Below are positions 29,909-38,520 of a DNA stretch of 64,000 nucleotides, in pieces. Numbering within the stretch: the stretch's first letter is position 1; each line of letters opens with the position of its first letter. The position numbers and the translations under genes are program-made. The DNA lies in NCBI GenBank assembly GCA_030639305.1, contig DAOWCY010000010.1, positions 2,773-66,772 of the forward strand, given 5' to 3'. Source of the DNA: Candidatus Aminicenantes bacterium (GTDB taxonomy: Bacteria; Acidobacteriota; Aminicenantia; UBA2199). Under the pieces are notes generated by a model. That model was not told the origin of the DNA, did not search any database, and was given only the letters and a program-made list of their open reading frames with translations.

Positions 29909-30748
29909 ATGCAAACCAAAAGAGCGACGTTCGGCGTCAAGTTTTTACTGTTTATATTGTTTTTCCTGGGGATTTTACTGAATGCATGGGTGATTATGGA
30001 TGCGGGATGGTTTCACATCCTTATACCCCTCCCCAAAATCCCTGGGATCCTGGAAACCGGTGACAGGGCGCCTGATTCTACTCCCGCGCAGCAGCCGTCT
30101 TCCAGGATCGATCGATTAAGACAAAGCGTAGTGCTGGTAATCAGGCAAAATTGCAATAAGCTCGATGATTTGAGTAATGGAACCGGCTTCGTCGTTAAAG
30201 CGGACGGCAGCGCAAGATATGTGGCCACCAATGCCCATGTGGTACGCGATGCCGTGAAGTGCAGCGGGATACACATAATCGATCATAAAGGAAGGAAGCA
30301 TAAAGCAGCTATGGTCGGCATTTCACTGGTAGGTGGTTTCCATAATGATATGACGATTTTGAAATTGGATAACATCCCGGAAAACGACCTCCCTCCCTTG
30401 GCGCTTCTCGATTCTTCTAAATATGAAGCGGGGCATGACGGTGAAAAAATCGTCACCATCGGCTACCCGGTTATCGGGACAGCTTCAACCCAGGATAAGG
30501 CTTCCGTATCCAGTGAAGGGCAGATATCCCAGTACGATACCACCAAAAATTGTTTTATAGCCTCCGGGTTGAGTTTAAACCCCGGCAACAGCGGCGGTCC
30601 TGTTTTCCTGGTAGAGAATCACAAAGTGCTGGGAATAGCAGTGGCAAAAGCAAATATCCAGGTGGCGGAGAATGTGGGAATATTTATCCCCATAAACCGT
30701 TTTAAGAATTTTTTTAAAGACAAAACAGGTAAGGAGCTATCACCATGA
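29909..30748 (+). CDS. Membrane-anchored trypsin-like (S1) serine protease
   Basis: N-terminal TM; GTGF, ATNAHVV (His), DMTILK (Asp), PGNSGGP (Ser). Confidence 0.92.
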   Translation: MQTKRATFGVKFLLFILFFLGILLNAWVIMDAGWFHILIPLPKIPGILETGDRAPDSTPAQQPSSRIDRLRQSVVLVIRQNCNKLDDLSNGTGFVVKADGSARYVATNAHVVRDAVKCSGIHIIDHKGRKHKAAMVGISLVGGFHNDMTILKLDNIPENDLPPLALLDSSKYEAGHDGEKIVTIGYPVIGTASTQDKASVSSEGQISQYDTTKNCFIASGLSLNPGNSGGPVFLVENHKVLGIAVAKANIQVAENVGIFIPINRFKNFFKDKTGKELSP

Positions 30749-31836
30749 CATCACAAAATAATCGTTCCATAAAATGGCTGCTGTCTCTTTTCGCCTTATT
30801 GGGTTTGGCAATGCTGGCCATTCCTTTTTTGTTGACAGCGCCGGCATTCCTGTATATCCAGGTGGAAGACGCGGTGTTTCAATCCGGCTTTGCAGGCAAA
30901 AACGTTGAAATCACGAATACCGAGAGTGAATTATCAACCTCAGCTTTGATCCACGAAGTCGGAGGAACATACCTAACCAGGGTAGGGCGGATAAAAAGCG
31001 GGCAATCGAAATGGCAGGTAAAAGTAAAGGATTATGAACCCGCTGAAATAAGCATCGATATCCCGCCATTGGAAAGACAAACTGCCGCGGTCAAACTAAA
31101 ACCCAAATTTGGCCGCATAAAAGTATTGGCTTTAAATGTTATAAAAAAGGATGAAGTGATCGCTGCCCCGTTGAAAGTAAACATAGGCGGTCAACAAATC
31201 TCCGGTCAATCGGGGCTAATCCTATCCCCATTGGCGCCCGGGGAGAGAACCGTCAAAGCAGCGGCGGAAGGGTATTACCCGGCAGCAGGAAAAGCCGTAG
31301 TCACGGCAGCCCGGACTACCGAAGTGCGCCTGGGATTTTCTCCGAAACTAAAAAACCATGAAGCAGCCCGGATTGTGCTTCAATGGGATAAATATCCCCG
31401 GGATCTGGATTCTCATTTATTTCTCCCCCGTTATCCCGGGCTCGACAGGAGGCACATTTACTTCCCCAGGAAAAAGGCCAGTGTGAGCGGCCGTCCGGCA
31501 GCCATCCTGGACGTGGACGACACCAGTTCTTACGGGCCGGAAACAGTGACCATTACCAACGTCGTGAACGGTCTTTTCCGGTATGCCGTGTTTCATTATG
31601 CCGGTTCCGGGTCTATCGGGGGTACGTCCAAAGCCAAGATAACATTGTATACCCATGATAAGATTCAAGAAAATGAGATCCGCGAATTCACCGTACCCAC
31701 CGGCTGCTCAAAAAAATGGTGGTATGTGTTGGATTTAAAAATAAACGGACTTGACGTAAAGATTCTGCCCAAAAACGAATGCCGAATACAAATGGGTTGG
31801 AAAATCGGGAGAAAAGAGAGTGAACGTAACAATTGA
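30745..31836 (+). CDS. PEGA/carboxypeptidase-regulatory-like repeats + YfaP/DUF2135-like domain
   Basis: RIVLQWD...DLDSHL...LDVDDTSSYGPETVTI...YAVFHY; N-terminal TM. Confidence 0.75.
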   Translation: MTSQNNRSIKWLLSLFALLGLAMLAIPFLLTAPAFLYIQVEDAVFQSGFAGKNVEITNTESELSTSALIHEVGGTYLTRVGRIKSGQSKWQVKVKDYEPAEISIDIPPLERQTAAVKLKPKFGRIKVLALNVIKKDEVIAAPLKVNIGGQQISGQSGLILSPLAPGERTVKAAAEGYYPAAGKAVVTAARTTEVRLGFSPKLKNHEAARIVLQWDKYPRDLDSHLFLPRYPGLDRRHIYFPRKKASVSGRPAAILDVDDTSSYGPETVTITNVVNGLFRYAVFHYAGSGSIGGTSKAKITLYTHDKIQENEIREFTVPTGCSKKWWYVLDLKINGLDVKILPKNECRIQMGWKIGRKESERNN

Positions 31837-31875
31837 ACCCGGGCCCGGGCGAATGAATAAAAAAAAGGGAAACAA

Positions 31876-33180
31876 ATGAAAAAACAAATAGGAGAACAAC
31901 CCTGTCCATTTCCCGAATGCCCGGTTGACTTCCATCCCCAGGGGATGAAATTCTGCCCGCATACCGGGAAACCGCTGGCACTACCCACGAAGCTGCAGGG
32001 AAAACATATTGCCTATATCTCTATAGGGGTATTCGTATCGATCGTAGTGCTGGTTATGGTATTGAATACCGGCAAAAGCGATCATAAGCCGATTCCTACG
32101 CCTACCCCGGCTCCTACCTCGAAAAGCACCCCCAAACCTACCCCGGCTCCCTCACTTGTTCCTACCTCCTCATTCACCCCGATTCCTACTCCGACACCCA
32201 CCTCCATTCCTACCCCAACGTTCACTCCCGTTTCAACCACAACACCCACACCCATTCCTACCACAACGCTCACCCCCGTTCCAACCACAACACCCACACC
32301 CATTCCTACCACAACGCTCACCTCCATTCCTACCCCAACGTTCACTCCCGTTCCAACTCCGGTAAAACCGGTAAAGACCAAAAAACACAAAAATATAGAA
32401 GGATTTTGGGAAAAGAAGTTTGCCGATTCCATCGTGATGGTATATATTCCGGCAGGTCGTTTCATAATGGGATCAAATCGAGGAGATGAAGATGAAAGAC
32501 CCATAAAAACAAAATATTTAGATGGATATTGGATAGGGAAATCGGAAGTCACCATCGGTCAGTATAAAAAGTTTATATATGAAATCGGGCACCGTTCGCT
32601 CCCCGAATGGGTTTCAAAGTACTGTTTAAACGATCAATACCCGGTGGTGGGTGTATCCTGGCAGGATGCAGCTGCCTTTTGCGCCTGGCTTTCTCAAAAA
32701 ACCGGGAAAGCTTTTAAACTTCCTACCGAAGCCCAATGGGAAAAAGCAGCCAGGGGAATCGATGGACGATATTATCCCTGGGGTAAAGACGCCCCAAATT
32801 GCAGCAGGGCGAATTTCAAGAAATGTAAAGAGAAATTGAAACCCGTCGGTTCTCTGCCTTTTGGAAAATCGCCTTACGGCATCTTCGATTTATCCGGCAA
32901 TGTATGGGAATGGTGTAACGACCGGTATCGCTCCGATTATTACGAAAAGTCTCCTATGGAAAATCCCGCAGGACCGGCAAAGGGTACATACCGGGTACTT
33001 CGCGGAGGTAGTTTCACCACAAAGTCGAGAGATATCCGCTCCACGAATCGAAATGGTACTCCCAACAGCGGTGGTAAGAATATCGGCTTCCGCCTGTGTA
33101 TGGTCGAGGAAACCGGGAAAATAAAAAATGAAAAAAGACAAAATTTAATTGACAAGTCAAATCAAGGAGAAATAAAATGA
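31876..33180 (+). CDS. Zinc ribbon-TM-PT linker-FGE-sulfatase (SUMF1) domain protein
   Basis: CPFPEC...FCPHTGKPL; TM; PT-rich linker; YPVVGVSWQDAAAFC, KLPTEAQWEKAARG, DLSGNVWEWC, RVLRGGS, IGFR. Confidence 0.9.
   Translation: MKKQIGEQPCPFPECPVDFHPQGMKFCPHTGKPLALPTKLQGKHIAYISIGVFVSIVVLVMVLNTGKSDHKPIPTPTPAPTSKSTPKPTPAPSLVPTSSFTPIPTPTPTSIPTPTFTPVSTTTPTPIPTTTLTPVPTTTPTPIPTTTLTSIPTPTFTPVPTPVKPVKTKKHKNIEGFWEKKFADSIVMVYIPAGRFIMGSNRGDEDERPIKTKYLDGYWIGKSEVTIGQYKKFIYEIGHRSLPEWVSKYCLNDQYPVVGVSWQDAAAFCAWLSQKTGKAFKLPTEAQWEKAARGIDGRYYPWGKDAPNCSRANFKKCKEKLKPVGSLPFGKSPYGIFDLSGNVWEWCNDRYRSDYYEKSPMENPAGPAKGTYRVLRGGSFTTKSRDIRSTNRNGTPNSGGKNIGFRLCMVEETGKIKNEKRQNLIDKSNQGEIK
32086..32360 (+). repeat. Pro/Thr-rich coding tandem repeat (~24-bp units)
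   Basis: Repeated cccattcctacc/acaacgctcacc/acaacacccaca units encoding PTPTPTSIPTPTFTPV. Confidence 0.85.
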
Positions 33181-35423
33181 CAAAAAAAAGAAAGAAATTG
33201 TATCTTTTGTGCACTTTTCTTGTGTTCATCGGGTTCACCAACTTTGCATTCCCCGGTAAAAAGGATGAAGCAGTAAAAGACCTGTCCTTAGAATCCCAGA
33301 TGAATGTTGAGGTGACATCGGCTTCACTTTACAAACAGAAGATGATTGAAGCAACCTCCAACATTATCGTAATCACAAAGGAGGTAATCGAGAAAAGAGG
33401 CTACCGGAACCTGGTGGAAATATGCCAGGATATACCGGGATTCGATTTTGCCACCTATGAAGATGGGGGCGGAGAATTCCCGGCTCACAATTACAACCGC
33501 GGCATCGGCGGAATTAACGGCAGTCCCCGCACCCTGGTTATGATCGATGGAATCGAGCAAAATTTCATCAATTTCGGCTGGTCTACGCTGTGGACCAACG
33601 AGAATTTATTAATCGATGTGAAACAAATCGAAATAATCCAGGGACCCGGTTCGGTAACCTATGGTTCCAATGCCTATGCCGGGGTGATCAATATCATAAC
33701 CGAAAAGGACCACGAAGGCTTCCAGGGAAAAGTGTGGTATGGACAACACAATTCGAGAGCACTGGATTTTTTTTACGGGCTGAAACTAAAAAACAATATG
33801 AATTTTTCGGCAGCATTCCACAAATATATCAGTGACGGAGACGGGGGCAAAAATAGGTACGACCCCGGCAATTTCTTCCATAATAATGTTGCTCCCGGTT
33901 TCCTAACCCAACACTACTTTGACAACGACACATACGTCACCGACATCCCTAACCCCCTTGCAGGTCAACCCATACCCGACGGATTTAATACATCCAAAGA
34001 CGACACCTCATTTCGCTTGAGGTTTTCCCTGGGAAAAGGAGAAATCGGTTTTTTCTATTGGGACAGGAATGATGGCCTGGGCAGTTACAATACCGGCTTC
34101 CAATATTACGCCAACCACACGGATAAAATATATCAAGCCCACACCCGCGGTTATCATATATATGGAAAGCACACCTGGGATATTTCGGACAAGCTGGAGT
34201 TGGAGTCAACCGTTATCTACCGCACAACCATGCAAATGCCCGATACCGGTTTTCAATATACCTATAAGTTTCTCGACATGGCAAAGACCTACAATACCTT
34301 TAATTTCCAGGGATTCATAAAGGAAACGCTCCATTTAAAATTAAATGAAAGCAATCATATTGTCGGTAGTTTCAGGTTCATGACAAGCCTGAAAACAGCC
34401 CAGATCGTATCCCTGGACCAGGTACAGGATGAGTACTCATCTTCTACGAAATCTTCCTATGATATAGCCGCGGCGGGAGGAGGCCTGGGGCAGTCCAAAT
34501 CGGCCGATACCTTAAATTCTCTCGAATATGCCGGGGTGATTTTGTGGGAAAAACATTTTGCCCAAAAAAAGTTTCGCTCATCTATCGGCATCCGCTTCGA
34601 TCATAGTACGGAATACGGTACTATGGTAAGTCCAAGGTTCGGTTTAATCTTTAATCCCCAGGAAGAATGGACATTAAAACTCCTATATGGAACAGCCTTC
34701 AGGCAGCCCAGCCTGTTTGAATTGAGGGATGAGTTTCGCGGCAATCCCGAACTGACGCCGGAAAAAATCGACACTTATGAAATTGAAAACCATATAAAAC
34801 TGATGAACGATCGTATCCATCTAAAGGCAAATCTTTTTTACTCACTGCTTAAAGATGCTATAATGCTGGGTGAAGTTCCCGGGATCCCGGGTGAGGAAAA
34901 GCATTTTAATACTGATGAGTATCATGTGAGAGGCTTCTCGATAATGGGCAATATTCAAACCTTACACAACCTATATGTATATACCGATTATATATATACG
35001 GAAGGGAAAAACCAAAATGCCGATTGGGGACATATCCCGCATACGGCAGCACACAAATTCAACCTGGGGGTAAATTGGGCCATTTTCGATGATCTCGTTA
35101 ACATCAACTGCCGCTTAAACCTGGTGGGAAAAAGAAGAGCGCCCGGCAGCAACAAATGGTTGGTCGATAATGAGAACGGGTATGCCCCCGGTTACCAAAA
35201 GGTGAACCTGACCATTACCTTGAATCGCTTATCCGCGAAAATCAAGTTGAAACCCCAAATCATAATCAAAAATCTTTTTAATGAAAAATATTATGGAGTC
35301 GGCAGACAAAACGGAGCCGCGGACAGGAATTCATGGTATTCTGAATCCAAAAGCGGTTTTATTCCCCCCTATCACCCCCAGCCCGGCACTACGTTTATGT
35401 TCAACCTGAATTTCGAGTTGTAG
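33177..35423 (+). CDS. TonB-dependent outer-membrane receptor
   Basis: Signal peptide; LSLESQMNVEVTSAS; plug motifs TLVMIDG and IEIIQGPGSVTYGSNAYAGVINIIT; SPRFGL...LLYGTAFRQPS; C-terminal FMFNLNFEL. Confidence 0.93.
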   Translation: MTKKRKKLYLLCTFLVFIGFTNFAFPGKKDEAVKDLSLESQMNVEVTSASLYKQKMIEATSNIIVITKEVIEKRGYRNLVEICQDIPGFDFATYEDGGGEFPAHNYNRGIGGINGSPRTLVMIDGIEQNFINFGWSTLWTNENLLIDVKQIEIIQGPGSVTYGSNAYAGVINIITEKDHEGFQGKVWYGQHNSRALDFFYGLKLKNNMNFSAAFHKYISDGDGGKNRYDPGNFFHNNVAPGFLTQHYFDNDTYVTDIPNPLAGQPIPDGFNTSKDDTSFRLRFSLGKGEIGFFYWDRNDGLGSYNTGFQYYANHTDKIYQAHTRGYHIYGKHTWDISDKLELESTVIYRTTMQMPDTGFQYTYKFLDMAKTYNTFNFQGFIKETLHLKLNESNHIVGSFRFMTSLKTAQIVSLDQVQDEYSSSTKSSYDIAAAGGGLGQSKSADTLNSLEYAGVILWEKHFAQKKFRSSIGIRFDHSTEYGTMVSPRFGLIFNPQEEWTLKLLYGTAFRQPSLFELRDEFRGNPELTPEKIDTYEIENHIKLMNDRIHLKANLFYSLLKDAIMLGEVPGIPGEEKHFNTDEYHVRGFSIMGNIQTLHNLYVYTDYIYTEGKNQNADWGHIPHTAAHKFNLGVNWAIFDDLVNINCRLNLVGKRRAPGSNKWLVDNENGYAPGYQKVNLTITLNRLSAKIKLKPQIIIKNLFNEKYYGVGRQNGAADRNSWYSESKSGFIPPYHPQPGTTFMFNLNFEL

Positions 35424-35429
35424 AAAAGA

Positions 35430-35484
35430 TCCCCCCCCCGGGAAATATGAAAAATTACACTTTCGAAGATAAACCCGGGGGGGA
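35430..35484. other. GC-rich inverted repeat in the intergenic spacer
   Basis: tccccccccc-ggg (35430-35442) pairs with cccggggggga (35474-35484); no U-tract follows. Confidence 0.5.
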
Positions 35485-35517
35485 CGAGGGTGCTGTTAAT
35501 AAGTAAAAAAATAAGTA

Positions 35518-37209
35518 ATGAAGGAGGTAAAAAAAATGACAAGAGAAAACCTCGATACCGGTAATATTAAATGTCCCTACCCCGAATGCAAAGACAGACA
35601 ACATCCAAAGGGCACAAAGTTCTGCCCGCATTCGGGAAAACCGCTGCAAGAAGAAGAACCGGCGCGGAACGAAGAAGAACCGGTCTGGCGACAAACATCA
35701 AATAAAAAAACAAAACAGGTTTTCTTTTTCGCTATTCTTCCCGCGGCTTTGGTCGCAGTGGTAATCTTGATTATCGTCCTCGCCGGGAAATCCGACGTAA
35801 AAGCAATCGACTGGAATAATCTAAAGCCCGAAATCACAAATAATTACAAAAACCGGCTGGAAAGTAACCTGGAAAAAGCAGTTCCCGGTAACGAAGTTAA
35901 GCTGAGTGGAGAATTAGAATTATATCTGGGAATCGATGAAAAGGGGGAAATCAGGATTCAAAAATACAACAGCAGTAAGCTGACCGCGGCTCCCGGCAAT
36001 AGTAAAGAAGAAATAGTCGGCGGGTTATTAGAAAAGATAAGAAATTTCACTTTGCCCCCCCACCAAATAGATGGAGATCCTTTTGCCATCAATAACTGTA
36101 AATTCAATCTAACATTCGGTAGAACCTATAAAACAATCGATTATTCGCAGCCCGGGATCGAGAAGAAATACCGGAAACAATTGGCCGGATATAAGAAGCA
36201 ATTAAAAAGATTCCTGGAAGAAGTAACAATCGCGAAGATGAAAGCCGTCCAAGTAAGCGGGCATGTAGAATTGAACCTGACCATCAATAAAAAAGGGAAA
36301 ATCATTCTCCACCCCAAAAGCGGTAATTACAAAACAGTAGAGGTAACCCCCCGGGAAAAAAAATCCGAAGTCATAACCACACTGGAAAATAGGATTAAAG
36401 AACTTGTTCGTAACCGTACTATCAAACTTCAGCAGGGCAAGAATAAAGTATTCCTGGAAGTGAAAAACTTATCCTTTTCCGCGGTGGTAAAACAAAAAAC
36501 CGGGAAAATCGAATTCGACGATTTACCGGATGACCTCAGGGAAAAATATAGATACCGGGCGGGTTTCCTTAAAGAACTTCCTTACGAAGAGAACATCACG
36601 CTGGCTGGGGAAATAAAATTACGCCTAACTATCGATGAAAAAGGGAAAATCACGATTCAAAAAAATTCCGACTATCGTCACTTAAAGGTCACCCCCGGCA
36701 GCGAAAAGAAAAAAATAATCGAAAAATTGGAAAAGGAAATCGCAAACGCTGTCCGCACGTTTACTCTTGAACCTTATCAAAACAGTAAAGGCGTCATTTT
36801 TGAAGTGGTAAATTTCGAAATACCGGTGACGCCTGTAAAAATAGCCACAGTCGATTTCATAGATTTATCACCTGAGATCATAGCTGCTTACAAAAACCAG
36901 GTGAAACACCTAATAGAAATTACCGCTGCAGGAAGTATTAAGTTAAGCGGGCAAATAAAATTACGTTTAACCATCGATGAAAAAGGCGCAGTCGACATTC
37001 AAAAAGATTCCCGTTTCACCCTTTTGAAAGTGACACCGGCAAATGAAAGAGAAAGAATGATCCACATGCTCAAAAGCAAAATCCGGGGATTATCCATCAC
37101 CCCCCAAAAGAATGCCCGGGGAGCAAACTTGAGAGTGAGAAATTTCCCGGTAACCGTCAAAATAATACAAAAGGGCGGCACGGTAAAACTGGAAAACATT
37201 AGAAAATGA
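35518..37209 (+). CDS. Zinc ribbon-TM protein with four tandem TonB-C-like domains
   Basis: CPYPEC...FCPHSGKPL; TM; four ~115-aa repeats: SGELELYLGIDEKG, SGHVELNLTINKKG, AGEIKLRLTIDEKG, SGQIKLRLTIDEKG. Confidence 0.65.
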   Translation: MKEVKKMTRENLDTGNIKCPYPECKDRQHPKGTKFCPHSGKPLQEEEPARNEEEPVWRQTSNKKTKQVFFFAILPAALVAVVILIIVLAGKSDVKAIDWNNLKPEITNNYKNRLESNLEKAVPGNEVKLSGELELYLGIDEKGEIRIQKYNSSKLTAAPGNSKEEIVGGLLEKIRNFTLPPHQIDGDPFAINNCKFNLTFGRTYKTIDYSQPGIEKKYRKQLAGYKKQLKRFLEEVTIAKMKAVQVSGHVELNLTINKKGKIILHPKSGNYKTVEVTPREKKSEVITTLENRIKELVRNRTIKLQQGKNKVFLEVKNLSFSAVVKQKTGKIEFDDLPDDLREKYRYRAGFLKELPYEENITLAGEIKLRLTIDEKGKITIQKNSDYRHLKVTPGSEKKKIIEKLEKEIANAVRTFTLEPYQNSKGVIFEVVNFEIPVTPVKIATVDFIDLSPEIIAAYKNQVKHLIEITAAGSIKLSGQIKLRLTIDEKGAVDIQKDSRFTLLKVTPANERERMIHMLKSKIRGLSITPQKNARGANLRVRNFPVTVKIIQKGGTVKLENIRK

Positions 37210-37328
37210 AGCGCTTTTTTTTATAAAATTAACAGGATTTTTTCGAGGCGAAGCCTGGGAAAAAGCCTGACGGTGAGAGGTAAAATATACCGCCGCCGTA
37301 TAATGGCATAAAGCCGGGAGGTTTTAAA

Positions 37329-38471
37329 ATGTGTAAAAACAAAAAGTTTAGATTGAAGAAATTCCTATCCATGAATTTGCCGGTAATCGGGTTTTGCTTC
37401 TTAATTGGAAGTATCATGGCGGCCCAACCGGGAGACAGCCTGCAAAAAGCAAAGGATCTTATGTCCCGGTATGATTATCGAGGCGCCATCCAGGTATTGA
37501 ACAACATCAAAGAGCACAGTAAAGATAATGATCCCCAGGCCGCCGCGGTTCATTTTTTGTTAGCCAGGGCTTATTATGAAGTCGGCAGCCAGGAACCGGC
37601 GGAAGAGAATTTGCAGCGAGTTTTTGAAATAGATATAGATTTCGAAGTAGAGGAAGCGGATGAATATTTTAAAGATCAAATGGAACGGATCAGGAGAAAA
37701 ACCTATAAAGAGTACCGCAGCGAGGAAGGTTTTGTAGAAAGAAGATTTTTCGGAGGCATTGTAATGGTCAAAATCCCCGTGGGATCATTTAGGATGGGAA
37801 CAAAATCCGGGAAAGCCGGAAAGGATGAAAAACCGGAGCATGAAGTTTTCTTAGACCACTATTGGATCGGGAAATATGAAATGACGCTGGGGCAGTATAA
37901 CCGGTTTATCTCCGAGACAAAGCATCGGGAATTGCCTCCCTGGGTTACGTCTTTGTATTCCACCGGGTATTGGTCCCCGATAGTCGGGGTATCCTGGTAT
38001 GATGCGGCGGCTTACTGCGAATGGCTTTCCCGGGAAACAGGCAGGGTATTCAGGCTGCCCACGGAAGCGCAGTGGGAAAAAGCCGCCAGGGGTATCGACA
38101 GCCGCAAGCATCCGTATCCCTGGGGAAAGTCATCGCCCAATTGTGAAAGAGCGCATTATGTTAAATGTTCCCGTCGATCAGAAAAGCCTATAGCCGTTGT
38201 GTTACTACCTGCCGGTAAATCCTCCTACGGTATTCATAACATGGCGGGGAATGTATGGGAATGGTGCCAGGATTGGTATGCGGCCGGTTATTATAAAAAA
38301 TCTCCTAAAATAAACCCGCAAGGCACGTCCCGGGGAGATAAGAAGGTGCTGCGCGGCGGCAGTTTTAATGATAAGGAGAGTGCGCTACGGGCTGCTAATC
38401 GTATCGCCTTGAAGCCGGATACAAAGCGAACGAATTTAGGATTCCGGCTTTGTATGGTGGAAAAGAAATGA
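37329..38471 (+). CDS. Secreted TPR + FGE-sulfatase (SUMF1) domain protein
   Basis: Signal peptide; VHFLLARAYYEVG; PIVGVSWYDAAAYC, RLPTEAQWEKAARG, NMAGNVWEWC, LGFR. Confidence 0.9.
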   Translation: MCKNKKFRLKKFLSMNLPVIGFCFLIGSIMAAQPGDSLQKAKDLMSRYDYRGAIQVLNNIKEHSKDNDPQAAAVHFLLARAYYEVGSQEPAEENLQRVFEIDIDFEVEEADEYFKDQMERIRRKTYKEYRSEEGFVERRFFGGIVMVKIPVGSFRMGTKSGKAGKDEKPEHEVFLDHYWIGKYEMTLGQYNRFISETKHRELPPWVTSLYSTGYWSPIVGVSWYDAAAYCEWLSRETGRVFRLPTEAQWEKAARGIDSRKHPYPWGKSSPNCERAHYVKCSRRSEKPIAVVLLPAGKSSYGIHNMAGNVWEWCQDWYAAGYYKKSPKINPQGTSRGDKKVLRGGSFNDKESALRAANRIALKPDTKRTNLGFRLCMVEKK

Positions 38472-38520
38472 TAATCTTTCCCTCCAGGAGGTACGAACCC
38501 GGTTACCCAAGGATTTAAAT

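Noticed and set aside
32086-32360. CRISPR-like or non-coding repeat
   Set aside because: No unique spacers; it is an in-frame Pro/Thr linker. The antisense 32082..32555 Val/Gly ORF is its shadow.
31876-38471. FGE-sulfatase (CLec-fold) genes as DGR targets or true formylglycine-generating enzymes
   Set aside because: No RT or template repeat in the window, and the Cys-containing catalytic segment after RGGS is absent (RGGSFTTKS, RGGSFNDKE).
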